From positions 3,073 to 67,072 of the forward strand of contig CAUPIT010000010.1 of assembly GCA_963511375.1 (NCBI GenBank): a stretch of DNA of 64,000 nt, given 5' to 3'. Shown piece by piece: positions 45,872 to 58,112 of this stretch; within the stretch, counting starts at the first letter, position 1, and the number at the start of each line of letters is the position of its first letter. Source of the DNA: an uncultured Prevotella sp. GTDB taxonomy: Bacteria; Bacteroidota; Bacteroidia; Bacteroidales; Bacteroidaceae. The position numbers were made by a program, and so were the translations under genes. A model generated the notes under the pieces. The model had not been told where the DNA came from. It searched no databases and saw nothing but the letters and a program-made list of their open reading frames with translations.

Positions 45872-48040
45872 TTATTTCTTCAGCCAGCGGTCTAACCAGT
45901 TGAAGAAAGTGCGCTGCCAAAGAATGCCGTTTTGCGGTTTCAGCACCCAGTGGTTCTCATCGGGGAAGATGAGTAGTTCGGCTGGAATGCCGCGCAAACG
46001 GGCAGCATTGAAAGCTCCCATGCCCTGATTGGCGTTGATACGATAATCCTTTTCACCATGAATGCAGAGGATAGGTGTGTCCCATTTGTCAACAAACTGA
46101 TGTGGACTGTTTTGGTATGTGCGCTTTGCATTGGCTGTTTGGTCTTTGTTCCAGTAGGCATCTTCGTATTCCCAGTTGGAGAACCAGGCCTCTTCGGTGT
46201 CAGTGTACATGCTCTCGAGGTTGAATGCACCGTCGTGAGAGATGAAACATTTGAATCGTTTGTCATGATGACCGGCAAGATAATAAACCGAGAATCCACC
46301 GAAAGAGGCACCAACAGCTCCCAATCGGTCTTTGTCAACGTATGGAAGATTGTTTGCTGCGTCGTCGATAGCCGATAGGTAATCGTTCATGCATTGTCCT
46401 GTCCAATCGCCAGAAATCTCTTCGTTCCATGCCGAACCGAAGCCCGGAAGCCCTCGACGGTTGGGTGCAACAACGATATATCCGTGTGCTGCCATGATTT
46501 GTAAGTTCCATCTATAGCTCCAGAACTGACTGACTGGGCTTTGCGGACCACCTTCACAGAACAGCAGAGTAGGGTATTTCTTGTTGGCATCAAAGTGTGG
46601 AGGAAGAACAATCCAGCTGAGCATATCCTTGCCATCAGTTGTCTTTGTCCAACGCTCTTCAACTTTTCCAATGGACAATTGATCAAAGATATGCTTGTTT
46701 TCATCCGTTATTTGTGTCACCTGTGAACGTTTCTCTTTTTTTGAAGGAGTGAGAACAAACAAATCATCTGGATGTGACATCGAGTGGCGCGTAACGAGTA
46801 GCTGTCCCCTACGGCCCAACAGTTGTAGGCTACCGTAGTCGTATTGTCCATCAGTGAGTTGCTTGATTTGGCCTTTCAGGTTGGTTTGATAGACATGCGT
46901 CTTGCCATGCCATACACCAATGAAGTAGAATGTGTTGTTGTCATTGCCCCAGCAATATGCGTCAACATTGCTGTCAAACTGTTCGGTGACATAGTTTTTC
47001 GTTCCATCGGCAAGGGTATAGACGCACAATCGGTTGCGGTCGCTCTCATAACCATTGCGCGCCATGCTCTGCCAAGCGATGTATTTGCCGTTGGAAGAGA
47101 ACTGAGGATTGGTGTCGTAACCTACATTCATGTCGCCAGGTTGATGATTCACCGCTTGATTCTTCATCGATTTTGTGGCATCGATGGCAGGTTCTTTGTA
47201 GCCAGATGGCTTGCAAAGGTTTTTGGTTTTGCGTGTAGCAACATCATATAAGTAGATGTCTGTATCGGTGGAAATGGCGTATTGCACGCCTTCTTTTTTA
47301 CGACAAGTGTAGGCAATGGACTTAGAATCAGGACTCCAAGCAAGTTGTTCAGTTCCTCCGAAAGGGGCGGTTGGGCACTCGAAAGGCTCGTCTTGCAAAA
47401 TGTCTACACCTTCATTGATGCTTGAACCGTCAAAGTCTGCCACGAAAGGGTGTGCGATTGTTTCAACATAGTGGTCCCAATGGCGATAGTTCATGTCAGT
47501 AGCAAGTCTACCTGTAGCCAATGGTAGGTCGGCAGGATTGGCTTGGATGGTGCCATGATAGGGAAGTGACTTGATGAGGATGACTTTTCTTTCGTCTGGT
47601 GAAAACTTGAATCCCTCAATGTCCACGCTGCTGTTTGTGAGTTGTTTTCGGTCACTTCCGTCGGCATTCATTGACCAAAGCTGGCCTCCTGTGATGAAAG
47701 CGATTCGTTGTCCCTGCTCAATCCATGCGCCATCTGTTTCGCTTTGCTGTCCTGTTGTGAGCTGACGTTTGTTTTTTCCGTCTGCGTCCATGACGAACAG
47801 CATCTGCTGACTTTTGTTTTGTTTCACACTGTAGTAGCCTACTTGGTAGACAACTTGTTTGCCATCTGGTGAAGCTGTGGCACCACCAATGCGTCCCATG
47901 GCCCATAAGGCTTCTGGTGTCATGAGGTCACTGCCCACTTTGAATGTTGCGTTTTGATCTTTCACGGTGTTCTGTGCATTTGCAAAACTGCCGCCAAAGA
48001 TGAGGGCGACAGTTGCTAAAAGGAGTGTTGTTTTTTTCAT
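45872..48040 (-). CDS. S9-family serine peptidase (prolyl oligopeptidase / dipeptidyl-peptidase type) with an N-terminal beta-propeller
   Basis: It has a signal peptide, the catalytic GASFGGF (GxSxGG) motif and the distal IHGEKDYR and FPDENHW motifs. Confidence 0.85.
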   Translation of the reverse strand: MKKTTLLLATVALIFGGSFANAQNTVKDQNATFKVGSDLMTPEALWAMGRIGGATASPDGKQVVYQVGYYSVKQNKSQQMLFVMDADGKNKRQLTTGQQSETDGAWIEQGQRIAFITGGQLWSMNADGSDRKQLTNSSVDIEGFKFSPDERKVILIKSLPYHGTIQANPADLPLATGRLATDMNYRHWDHYVETIAHPFVADFDGSSINEGVDILQDEPFECPTAPFGGTEQLAWSPDSKSIAYTCRKKEGVQYAISTDTDIYLYDVATRKTKNLCKPSGYKEPAIDATKSMKNQAVNHQPGDMNVGYDTNPQFSSNGKYIAWQSMARNGYESDRNRLCVYTLADGTKNYVTEQFDSNVDAYCWGNDNNTFYFIGVWHGKTHVYQTNLKGQIKQLTDGQYDYGSLQLLGRRGQLLVTRHSMSHPDDLFVLTPSKKEKRSQVTQITDENKHIFDQLSIGKVEERWTKTTDGKDMLSWIVLPPHFDANKKYPTLLFCEGGPQSPVSQFWSYRWNLQIMAAHGYIVVAPNRRGLPGFGSAWNEEISGDWTGQCMNDYLSAIDDAANNLPYVDKDRLGAVGASFGGFSVYYLAGHHDKRFKCFISHDGAFNLESMYTDTEEAWFSNWEYEDAYWNKDQTANAKRTYQNSPHQFVDKWDTPILCIHGEKDYRINANQGMGAFNAARLRGIPAELLIFPDENHWVLKPQNGILWQRTFFNWLDRWLKK

Positions 48041-48045
48041 CCTTA

Positions 48046-49941
48046 TTATAGTTTACGTTTTTTTCTTTCGAGTTCTTCTCTTTTGCGTTGCATGGCTTGC
48101 TGTTGTTCCTGCATGGCTTGCAAACGAGCCGCCATGCCACTTAGCTTCTTCGGGTTTGCTTTATTCTCTTCATATCTTGCTTCGAGAATCTTAAGCAGCT
48201 TCTCATCGTTGGTCGTCTTACGCAAAGTCCACATGATGGCGGCACTGAAGAATAGTGAAACAAAGTAATAGAAGTTAAGACCTGATGAGTAGTCGTTGAA
48301 CATGAAGAAGAACATCACCGGCATGAGATACATCATCCATTGCATCATCTTCATTTGTTCAGCTTGCTGTCCCACCATCTGATCGCGCTGCTGACGCATG
48401 GTCATCCAGCTATAGAGCACGTTGGACACGCAGAACAGAATACAGGTGAGTGACAGGTGGTCACCAATGAGCCAGATGTTTCTGTTCCATTCAATTACTG
48501 GATCGTATGTACTCAAGTCGTTAATCCAAAGGAAACTTTCACCACGTAGTTGAATAGCGTTTGGCACAAAGTTGAACATCGCAATCCAAATAGGCATCTG
48601 AATGAGCATCGGGAGGCAGCCCGAAAGCGGACTCACGCCATATTTAGAATATTCTGCCATCATGGCTTGCTGCTTCTGCATCTGGTCTTCAGGCTTGTTG
48701 TATTGAGCCGTTGCAGCGTCAAGTTTTGGTTTTAAGACACGCATCTTGGCCGAACTCATGTAGCTCTTCTTAACCATTGGGAAGGTAATAACCTTTAATA
48801 ATAAGGTGATTAAGATGAGTACTACGCCCATGGGGAACCATTTGGACAGCCAATCGAATACATAGATAGTAAACCAACGGTTGATAATGCGGAACAATGG
48901 CCAACCAAGATATACCAATCTCTGCAATTCGAGGTCTTTATTGAAAGTACTCTGTTGCTCAACTCGGTTGAGTAAACGGAAATCGTTTGGGCCGAAATAG
49001 AATTCAAATTCAGATGGTGTTTGCCCAGTTGGGTCAAAGAACGTCTTCAATTTCGCCTCATACTCTTTCAAGAAACCACTGCCTTTCTGCTGAGGAATGC
49101 TGGTTAACAAGGCACCAGTATTAAAGTCGTGCTTGGCTATCATCACAGCTGAGAAGAACTGGTTCTTGAAAGCAACCCAGTCAATCTTCTTGTCGATTTG
49201 CTCATCTACTTTCTCTGAAGTTTCACTGAGCTTGTCTGTGCCACCATCTGCCTTGTGATAGGTAAGCGTTGAATATCGATTCTCAAACGTAAAACCCTTC
49301 TCCTGTTGTCTGCATTTGTCTTTCCAGTTCACGTTCATGACTTTCGTATCTGGCGCAAAAAGACCGTTCATGCCCATCACTTGCATGGACATGTGTAGGA
49401 GATAGTTTGGTCCTAATCTATAAGTCAGCACCATAGATTTCCCCTGACCCGCATTGGCTGTGAGCGTAACGGTTGAGTCTGTCTGTGCCGAAGGTTGGAA
49501 AAAAAGGTCTTGAGTAGCGATGTTAGCGTCTTTGGTGGATAGGGTGAAGTTCAATTGATGAACCTTTTCATCCAGCAACGTTACATCTTTATTTCCTTCT
49601 CTGTCTTCGAATCCCTTAATTACAGCTTTGGTGACTGTTCCTCCTTTGGTGTTCAAAGTGAGTTGCAGTTTCTCGTTTTTCAAAACAATATCCTGGGCTT
49701 CACCTTGCAAGGCTTCATGGAAGAGAGCCGTGGTGTCAGCTTCTTGCTTGGCTTTCTGTTCAGCCAAATGTTTGGCTTCTGCATTCTTTTTGTTGGTTTC
49801 TGCCTTTTGCTTCATGACCGCAGCAATGGAGTCTTGGCGCATCATTTCTGCCTTTTGTTCGGAAGAGGGTTGCGACCACCAGCTGAACCCAATCAGCAGC
49901 AGACCCATCAGCACGAGTCCGGTAATAGTATTTTTATCCAT
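48046..49941 (-). CDS. yidC: Membrane protein insertase YidC (long Bacteroidetes form)
   Basis: It has a large periplasmic domain followed by the conserved core PMLIQMPIWIAMF...YYFVSLFFS. Confidence 0.93.
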   Translation of the reverse strand: MDKNTITGLVLMGLLLIGFSWWSQPSSEQKAEMMRQDSIAAVMKQKAETNKKNAEAKHLAEQKAKQEADTTALFHEALQGEAQDIVLKNEKLQLTLNTKGGTVTKAVIKGFEDREGNKDVTLLDEKVHQLNFTLSTKDANIATQDLFFQPSAQTDSTVTLTANAGQGKSMVLTYRLGPNYLLHMSMQVMGMNGLFAPDTKVMNVNWKDKCRQQEKGFTFENRYSTLTYHKADGGTDKLSETSEKVDEQIDKKIDWVAFKNQFFSAVMIAKHDFNTGALLTSIPQQKGSGFLKEYEAKLKTFFDPTGQTPSEFEFYFGPNDFRLLNRVEQQSTFNKDLELQRLVYLGWPLFRIINRWFTIYVFDWLSKWFPMGVVLILITLLLKVITFPMVKKSYMSSAKMRVLKPKLDAATAQYNKPEDQMQKQQAMMAEYSKYGVSPLSGCLPMLIQMPIWIAMFNFVPNAIQLRGESFLWINDLSTYDPVIEWNRNIWLIGDHLSLTCILFCVSNVLYSWMTMRQQRDQMVGQQAEQMKMMQWMMYLMPVMFFFMFNDYSSGLNFYYFVSLFFSAAIMWTLRKTTNDEKLLKILEARYEENKANPKKLSGMAARLQAMQEQQQAMQRKREELERKKRKL

Positions 49942-49948
49942 TTCTTGA

Positions 49949-51574
<1,626 letters not shown>

Positions 51575-51599
51575 TTAAATGTCACAAAAATACAAGTTG

Positions 51600-51607
51600 C
51601 AAAGTTA
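51600..51607 (-). promoter_or_regulatory. -7 box TAACTTTG for the pyrG-yidC-peptidase operon
   Basis: The reverse complement of caaagtta lies about 43 nt upstream of the pyrG ATG. Confidence 0.4.
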
Positions 51608-51651
51608 GCATAAAATTGCGAAACAAACAAGCAACTGTCATTTTTTATTAT

Positions 51652-51659
51652 TACCTTTG
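51652..51659 (+). promoter_or_regulatory. -7 box TACCTTTG
   Basis: It matches TAnnTTTG and overlaps the ORF-track TTG start, so the ATG at 51684 is preferred. Confidence 0.4.
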
Positions 51660-51683
51660 CACCCATACAAAACAATTCATAAA

Positions 51684-52991
51684 ATGAAATTTAAAAGCAC
51701 AGCGTTATTGTTCTTGTCAGCTCTTGCCATGAATGCTTATGGGCAGAGTTTTCGTGACGTTATACACCACCCTGTGGATACCGTTGCTCCTATCGTAAAA
51801 ACGTATACAGATTCTCTGAAAAACTATAAGATGCAGCTTGATTCGCTGCAAAAGGTCAATGCGTCATTGAACAGTTTGCTCAATGACAAGAATGGCAAAT
51901 ACTCGAGATTGTTTTTGCCTATGACGTTTTATCATAACATCAGTCACAATCAGTTCCGACTGTCAGAAGACCCAGTCACCAACTCTATGTTCAACGAAAC
52001 GCTGGAGAGGGCTTTGCTCCGCGTTTATCTGAAGCGTCCTGATCTCGTTCGGAACACGCAGACACGTCTCAATGCGCAGGGCCAGGTCTCAACAAGTCAA
52101 GATGCAACCATCAAGACGAAGACCGCCATCGTAGAAAAAGTGGCTCCTAAACCCACTGAAGCTTTACCTGTTCCTGTAGACGTAGTCATCAAAAAGCCTA
52201 ATTTCTGGAAGTTCTCCGGTGATGGCTATCTTCAATTCCTGCAAAACTACGTATCGGGCAACTGGTACAAGGCCGGCGAGAGCAACTATTCGATGCTGGG
52301 AACAGTGACGCTGAATGCCAATTACAACAATAAGCAGAAAGTGAAATGGGATAATAAACTGGAGATGAAATTAGGATTCCAAACCTCCAAGAGTGATACC
52401 CTGCACGCGCTTAAAACACATACTGACGATATCAGATACACGAGCAACTTTGGCCTGCAAGCTACCAAGAGATGGTACTATTCCTTGCAACTTATTGCCA
52501 ACACTCAGTTCATGCGTGGTTTTCGTAATAACGACGAGCGCGTGTACTCCGATTTTCTCTCTCCGTTGAACGTTGAATTATCCCTGGGTATGCGATACAA
52601 TGTCGACTGGTTTAAGGGCAAACTTAGGGGAAATGTCAACATAGCTCCTTTGGCCTACCATTATCGGTATGTGGGACGCGCCGACTTGGTAACAAGATTT
52701 GGTATCGAAAAAGGTAAACATTCTGTAGACGACTATGGTTCGAGTATGAACATTGATCTCACCTGGAAGTTCTCTGATATGGTTCGATGGAAAACTCGTT
52801 TGTACGGCTACACCTCCTACAAACGAACCGAAATGGAGTGGGAGAATACGCTCTCGGTGCAGTTCACCAAGTACCTCTCCACCAACTTGTACGTATATCC
52901 AAGATTTGACGACAGTCGTAAGCGCGACGATCACCATGGATATTTCATGTACAAGGAATATCTGTCTGTTGGACTTTCTTATTCTTTCTGA
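51684..52991 (+). CDS. Outer-membrane beta-barrel-like protein (DUF3078-like)
   Basis: It has the signal peptide MKFKSTALLFLSALAMNAYG, a beta-strand-rich C-terminal two-thirds and the terminal LSVGLSYSF. The family name is from memory. Confidence 0.55.
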   Translation: MKFKSTALLFLSALAMNAYGQSFRDVIHHPVDTVAPIVKTYTDSLKNYKMQLDSLQKVNASLNSLLNDKNGKYSRLFLPMTFYHNISHNQFRLSEDPVTNSMFNETLERALLRVYLKRPDLVRNTQTRLNAQGQVSTSQDATIKTKTAIVEKVAPKPTEALPVPVDVVIKKPNFWKFSGDGYLQFLQNYVSGNWYKAGESNYSMLGTVTLNANYNNKQKVKWDNKLEMKLGFQTSKSDTLHALKTHTDDIRYTSNFGLQATKRWYYSLQLIANTQFMRGFRNNDERVYSDFLSPLNVELSLGMRYNVDWFKGKLRGNVNIAPLAYHYRYVGRADLVTRFGIEKGKHSVDDYGSSMNIDLTWKFSDMVRWKTRLYGYTSYKRTEMEWENTLSVQFTKYLSTNLYVYPRFDDSRKRDDHHGYFMYKEYLSVGLSYSF

Positions 52992-53089
52992 TTCGAAAGA
53001 ACTCTCCATCGAATGGGTTAGCGCCTTTCAGTTGATTTCAGAGCTTTCGCAAAAGCGAAGCTGTTCTTGAGAAGACCTGAGGCGATAAC

Positions 53090-54325
53090 CTAATGTGTTG
53101 CTTTCCACCAGCCTGTTTGCTGCAATCCTCGCGATGGTGCAACATGCAGGGTTGGGTCGGAAATGGTAATTCCGCTGAAGTTTTTAATCTTGATAAACTT
53201 GGGTTTTTCGTAGGGATAGATATACGAATAGATTGAATCCGTCACGCTTTTGCTGCGGACAACTTTGGCCAATTGGGCTTTGAACGTTGCTTTCATTCTT
53301 TCGTCTTGGCACAGTTTGTCCACATAATCGCCCAAATCAAAGAAGATGTTTGGTTTGAAACCATCCAGTACTTGGATGCTGTCTCGTTGTTTGTCGTCTA
53401 AGGTATAGGCGGCATTGATGTCTCGCATGATGTTGGCCAGCCCATTTACTTCACGACAATCAATCACGGCAATGGCTCCAGAGGCCACCTTATAGTTTGA
53501 ATAAAACTCATGAAACTTGTTTACTGCCGTGGCATAGTTGGGTATTGGTGTGGCTAAACTGGCCCACATGGAAGCGTAAGGCATGCCGATTGCAATGACT
53601 TCTGAGGTCGATCCAATTAAGAAGTTACATACATCTTTCAGCATGTAAGCCGTTTCTATGTTGGCCATGTAACAGTCGTCAAACAAGATATACTGCATTT
53701 TAGTACCCGTTTGGGCAATACCCTCGGCCAGCACTTCGATGTCTGTCGCATAGTTTTCAAGGTCGTTCACGCTGCCAAAAAAGCGTGTTCGTTCCCATTG
53801 GGACACGCGTTGCCGCGTCATGAAGTTGTATTTCTTCGCCTGATATGGGTAGTCCTTCCAGTTGGCCTTGTAGGTCCAACCCGTCCCATGACACCCAATA
53901 ATCATGGCATAGTTCAAGGCTTCAGCAGCCGACTTGGTATCGTTGATGATTTCTGCGATACCGCTTGCCGTTGTGTATGCATTTCCCGAATAGGTCTTGA
54001 TGGGTTGGTGTACAAACTCCTTGTTCTCATACTTCACCTCGTACAATTCCGATTCAGTGGCCGATTTGCTGAGGAAAACCACCAATCGTGAGCCTTTCAA
54101 CCCTTTCTTGGCTTTTATTCCCGACTCAATGCTGTCCAGGTTTTCCTTGAAAATATTATACAGCCCGCTGAAATTCGAATCGCCTGACCAAGGCATGTAA
54201 ACCAGTATGGTCTGCTTATTAAAGTCGTCAACGTTTACAGGCTCATCCTCGCTGCATGAAGAGAGTATCATCGTGCAGGCCAGAATCACCCACCAAAACA
54301 ATCGTTTCCTGCTATTCATCATCAT
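53090..54325 (-). CDS. Clostripain-like (peptidase C11 family) lipoprotein
   Basis: It has the lipobox ILSSC. The His motif IIGCHGTGW and the Cys motif ILFDDCYMA match the C11 catalytic dyad context. It overlaps the valS 3-prime end by 4 bp. Confidence 0.65.
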   Translation of the reverse strand: MMMNSRKRLFWWVILACTMILSSCSEDEPVNVDDFNKQTILVYMPWSGDSNFSGLYNIFKENLDSIESGIKAKKGLKGSRLVVFLSKSATESELYEVKYENKEFVHQPIKTYSGNAYTTASGIAEIINDTKSAAEALNYAMIIGCHGTGWTYKANWKDYPYQAKKYNFMTRQRVSQWERTRFFGSVNDLENYATDIEVLAEGIAQTGTKMQYILFDDCYMANIETAYMLKDVCNFLIGSTSEVIAIGMPYASMWASLATPIPNYATAVNKFHEFYSNYKVASGAIAVIDCREVNGLANIMRDINAAYTLDDKQRDSIQVLDGFKPNIFFDLGDYVDKLCQDERMKATFKAQLAKVVRSKSVTDSIYSYIYPYEKPKFIKIKNFSGITISDPTLHVAPSRGLQQTGWWKATH

Positions 54326-56961
54326 GCTTTATTCTTCAATTCTGTTATTGATTGGCGCAACGAGGCTATTTTCTCCTCCGAGTCGCTCTGTTTCTTACGC
54401 TCCAGTGCCACGACAGCTTCCGGTGCATTGGCCACGAACTTCTCGTTAGCGAGCTTTTTCTTGATGCCAGCCAAGAACCCTTCAAGATGTTTGAGCTGAT
54501 CTTCCTGCTTTTTGAGTTCGGCCGCTACGTCAATCAAGTTGCCCACCGGCACGGCAAATTCATCGGTACCCACCATGAACAAGGCTGCGTCTGCCGGCTT
54601 TTCTTCTGTCACCTCAATGCCTTTCAGGTTGGCCATCTTGGTGATGATGTCGTTATAGATCGCATGGTTGTTGTCGGAGATGGCAATAAGCTCTAGTTCG
54701 TCCTTAGGTGAAATGTTCTTTTGGTTGCGTACGGTACGCACGCCACTCACGATTTGTTTTACCTTTTCGATGTCTTCTGTCAGCGTCCTATCAGCGTCTG
54801 TAGGCTCTGCAATTTGCAACTTCTCGCGCATAATCGATGCTCCTTCAGCGCGTGTGTACAGGTGTTGCCACAGTTCTTCGGTGATGAATGGCATGAAAGG
54901 ATGTAGCATCTTGAGCAGCACATCAAAGTATTTCAAGGTTTCTTCGTATGTCGTTCGGTCAACGGGGGAGCCGTAGGCCGGCTTGACCATTTCCAGATAC
55001 CAACTTGAAAACTCGTCCCAGAACAGGCGATACACCACCATGAGGGCTTCAGAGATACGATATTTAGCAAACAGGTCGTTCACTTCTTCGTTCGTGGTGC
55101 GCAGTTTTGCCTCAAACCAGGCTGTCGCCAGTTTGCAGGCATTGGGCTGTTCGCCGTCAACCACTTCCCATCCTTTTACTAATCGGAAGGCATTCCAAAT
55201 CTTATTGTTGAAGTTGCGACCTTGCTCGCACAGGCTTTCGTCGAAGAGGATGTCGTTGCCCGCCGGCGCACTGAGCATCATACCCATGCGCACACCGTCG
55301 GCACCGTATTGGTCTATCAGTGAGATGGGGTCGGGAGAGTTACCGAGACTCTTGCTCATCTTACGCCCCAGTTTGTCACGAACAATGCCCGTGAAGTACA
55401 CATGCTTGAAAGGCATCTGCCCTTTATACTCGTATCCGGCCATAATCATGCGTGCCACCCAGAAGAAGATGATATCGGGTCCGGTAATCAGGTCAGCCGT
55501 GGGGTAGTAGTAGTTGATTTCCTCGTTGTCGGGATGGTTGATGCCATCAAAGAGCGAGATAGGCCACAGCCACGAGGAGAACCAGGTGTCCAGACAGTCG
55601 CTGTCTTGCTCCAGCTGCTCCATGGTCAGCGCATTGTCCTTCTTTCGGGCCAGCTCAAGCGCTTCTTCCGCACTCTTGGCCACCACAACCTCTTGCTTGC
55701 CGTTTACCGTGAAGTAATAGGCTGGTATGCGGTGTCCCCACCATAGCTGACGGCTGATGCACCAATCCTTGATGTTCTCCAGCCAGTGGCGGTAGGTGTT
55801 CTTATACTTTGAGGGATAAAATTGTATGTCATCGTCCATCACCGGCTGCAAGGCCAGGTCGGCAAAGTGCTGCATTTTGAGGAACCACTGTGTGGACAGC
55901 TTCGGCTCAATGGGCACATGGGTGCGTTCGGAATAACCCACCTTGTTGTCATAGTCTTCCACCTTTTCCATCAATCCCGCTTTCTCCAGGTCTTTGGCTA
56001 TTTGCTTGCGCACCTCCATGCGGTCCATGCCCACATACAGTCCAGCCTCCTCGGAGAGGGTACCGTTGTCGTTGAAGATGTCAATGGTTTGCAGTCCGTG
56101 TTTCAATCCCAAGGCATGGTCGTTGATGTCGTGCGCCGGTGTCACCTTGAGGCAGCCCGTTCCGAACTCGATATCTACGTAGTCGTCCTCGATGACCGGA
56201 ATCTCCCTGCCTACGAGTGGCACGATGACGTGCTTGCCCCTCAGCCATTGTTTTTTGGGGTCGTTGGGGTTGATGCACATAGCCGTGTCACCCATGATGG
56301 TTTCTGGACGCGTGGTGGCCACAATGGCATACTTGCCGGGTTCTTCCACAACGTTGTAGCGCAGGTAATACAGTTTGGAATGTTCGTCTTTGTAAATCAC
56401 CTCCTCGTCACTGAGGGCCGTCTGAGCCTGCGGATCCCAGTTCACCATGCGCACGCCGCGGTAGATGAGCCCCTTGTTGTAAAGGTCACAGAATACCTTG
56501 ATGACGCTCTCCGAACGCTTCTCGTCCATGGTGAACGCCGTGCGATCCCAGTCGCAAGAAGCACCGAGGCGACGCAATTGCTTCAGGATGATGCCGCCGT
56601 GTTCGTGTGTCCAGTCCCATGCATGCTTCAAAAACTCATCTCTTGAAAGGTCAGTCTTGCTGATGCCCTGTTCTTTGAGACGTGCCACCACTTTGGCTTC
56701 TGTGGCAATCGACGCATGGTCTGTACCCGGTACCCAGCAGGCATTCTTGCCTTCCATGCGGGCGCGGCGCACCAAGATATCTTGAATGGTATTGTTGAGC
56801 ATGTGCCCCATGTGCAAAACGCCAGTGACGTTGGGTGGAGGTATGACAACCGTATAAGGTTCGCGTCCGTCGGGTTTTGAACTGAAAAGTTTGTGGTTCA
56901 GCCAATACTCATACCATTTTGATTCCACTTCTTTGGGATCATACTTACTTGCTAATTCCAT
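54322..56961 (-). CDS. valS: Valine--tRNA ligase
   Basis: [13 protein letters not shown] (HIGH region), KMSKSLGN and a C-terminal coiled coil are present. Confidence 0.97.
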   Translation of the reverse strand: MELASKYDPKEVESKWYEYWLNHKLFSSKPDGREPYTVVIPPPNVTGVLHMGHMLNNTIQDILVRRARMEGKNACWVPGTDHASIATEAKVVARLKEQGISKTDLSRDEFLKHAWDWTHEHGGIILKQLRRLGASCDWDRTAFTMDEKRSESVIKVFCDLYNKGLIYRGVRMVNWDPQAQTALSDEEVIYKDEHSKLYYLRYNVVEEPGKYAIVATTRPETIMGDTAMCINPNDPKKQWLRGKHVIVPLVGREIPVIEDDYVDIEFGTGCLKVTPAHDINDHALGLKHGLQTIDIFNDNGTLSEEAGLYVGMDRMEVRKQIAKDLEKAGLMEKVEDYDNKVGYSERTHVPIEPKLSTQWFLKMQHFADLALQPVMDDDIQFYPSKYKNTYRHWLENIKDWCISRQLWWGHRIPAYYFTVNGKQEVVVAKSAEEALELARKKDNALTMEQLEQDSDCLDTWFSSWLWPISLFDGINHPDNEEINYYYPTADLITGPDIIFFWVARMIMAGYEYKGQMPFKHVYFTGIVRDKLGRKMSKSLGNSPDPISLIDQYGADGVRMGMMLSAPAGNDILFDESLCEQGRNFNNKIWNAFRLVKGWEVVDGEQPNACKLATAWFEAKLRTTNEEVNDLFAKYRISEALMVVYRLFWDEFSSWYLEMVKPAYGSPVDRTTYEETLKYFDVLLKMLHPFMPFITEELWQHLYTRAEGASIMREKLQIAEPTDADRTLTEDIEKVKQIVSGVRTVRNQKNISPKDELELIAISDNNHAIYNDIITKMANLKGIEVTEEKPADAALFMVGTDEFAVPVGNLIDVAAELKKQEDQLKHLEGFLAGIKKKLANEKFVANAPEAVVALERKKQSDSEEKIASLRQSITELKNKA

Positions 56962-57004
56962 TTGATGTATTTCTGCTTAAATAATAAATTCGTATAAATC
57001 GTTG

Positions 57005-57012
57005 CAAAATTA
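57005..57012 (-). promoter_or_regulatory. -7 box TAATTTTG for valS
   Basis: The reverse complement of caaaatta lies about 43 nt upstream of the ATG at 56961. Confidence 0.4.
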
Positions 57013-57034
57013 CGAAAATTCAATTGAAAATGAT

Positions 57035-57042
57035 TACTTTTG
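57035..57042 (+). promoter_or_regulatory. -7 box TACTTTTG for mazG
   Basis: It matches TAnnTTTG and lies inside the ORF-track N-terminal extension, so the ATG at 57063 is preferred. Confidence 0.4.
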
Positions 57043-57062
57043 CCGTAATAAAATACACCTAT

Positions 57063-57959
57063 ATGCACACGAAAGAAGAAAAACTGGCGGCTTTTAGTCG
57101 TTTGCTCGACGTCCAAGAGCGATTGCGAAAAGAGTGTCCTTGGGACAGAAAACAGACCAATGAGAGCCTCAGACCCAATACGATTGAAGAGGTTTACGAA
57201 CTTTGCGACGCGCTTTTGAACGACGATAAGAAAAACATTTGCAAGGAGTTGGGCGATGTTATGGAGCATGTGCTGTTCTATTCTATCTTAGGAGAGGAGA
57301 CACGCGACTTCGATTTGGCAGATGTATGCAACAAGCAGGCCGACAAGCTGATGTTTCGCCATCCGTTTATCGACTGGACAGGATGGGAGGGTGATCCCAA
57401 ACAGGGAAGAACGATCGAAGGTAACGCACCGACCGACAACCCCAAAACGGAGCAACAGGTGGAACAAACCTGGGAGCAAATCAAGCAAAAGGAGAAAGAT
57501 GGAAACAAAACAGTGCTATCGGGTGTGCCTGATTCGCTGCCATCACTTATCAAGGCTTACCGCATTCAGGACAAAGCCCGCAACGTAGGGTTCGACTGGA
57601 AACAGCGTGAAGACGTATGGGATAAGGTGCGTGAGGAGTTGAAGGAGTTGGAGGTGGAATTGAATCAGCATAGTCAAGAGAAGGCAACGAGTGAACTTGG
57701 TGATTTTCTCTTCTCCGTCATCAACGCCGCACGCTTGTATCATCTGAATCCAGAGAATGCTTTGGAGATGACTAACCAGAAGTTTATTCGTCGTTTCAAC
57801 TATGTGGAACAGCAAACGTTAAAGAAAGAAAAGCAACTGACTGATATGACGTTGGAGGAAATGGATAAACTATGGGTTGAAGCAAAGATGATGGAAAGGA
57901 AAGCAACCCATGAGGCTAACAATAGCGCATGCGATGTGGCTGCAAATGAAAGTCATTGA
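57063..57959 (+). CDS. mazG: Nucleoside triphosphate pyrophosphohydrolase MazG, with a short non-conserved-looking C-terminal extension
   Basis: CPWDRKQT, IEEVYELCDAL and ELGDVMEHVLF are present, along with a second half-domain ELKELEVEL...ELGDFLFSVIN. The stop codon lies inside a repeat unit. Confidence 0.85.
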   Translation: MHTKEEKLAAFSRLLDVQERLRKECPWDRKQTNESLRPNTIEEVYELCDALLNDDKKNICKELGDVMEHVLFYSILGEETRDFDLADVCNKQADKLMFRHPFIDWTGWEGDPKQGRTIEGNAPTDNPKTEQQVEQTWEQIKQKEKDGNKTVLSGVPDSLPSLIKAYRIQDKARNVGFDWKQREDVWDKVREELKELEVELNQHSQEKATSELGDFLFSVINAARLYHLNPENALEMTNQKFIRRFNYVEQQTLKKEKQLTDMTLEEMDKLWVEAKMMERKATHEANNSACDVAANESH

Positions 57960-58008
57960 GTTTGCACTCCAAAGTCATTGAGTTTAGGCCTCAAAGTCAT
58001 TGAGTTTG
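57948..58008 (+). repeat. Three direct tandem copies (period 22 bp) of the CAAAGTCATTGAGTTTG element
   Basis: Copies are at 57948-57964, 57970-57986 and 57992-58008. The AAAGTCATTGAGTTT core is identical in all three copies. Copy 1 contains the mazG TGA. Confidence 0.9.
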
Positions 58009-58112
58009 GTGGCCAATAGCATAGGAATTGCAATGTCGAAGAAATCACTTTTTTGTTAATTCGTACAACAGGTTGGAAATCAAAGAAATAGAACATATTA
58101 AAACAGATTATC

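Noticed and set aside
53041-53065. The hairpin AGCTTTCGC-AAAA-GCGAAGCT between the convergent DUF3078-like and C11 genes, considered as a terminator
   Set aside because: The stem is bulged and short, with no clear T-tract on either strand. It is plausible but not strong enough to list as a feature.
55822-56646. A 274-aa ORF on the plus strand inside valS
   Set aside because: It is an antisense shadow of a strongly supported valS CDS with HIGH and KMSKS motifs. Its composition is His/Val/Gly-rich and low in information, and it has no promoter box or recognisable motif.
57948-58008. The 22-bp and 66-bp tandem repeats, considered as CRISPR arrays
   Set aside because: The 22-bp array has only 5-nt gaps between 17-bp cores, which leaves no room for spacers. 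The 66-bp array is a direct head-to-tail duplication. Both have only 2-3 units, and no cas genes are present in the window.
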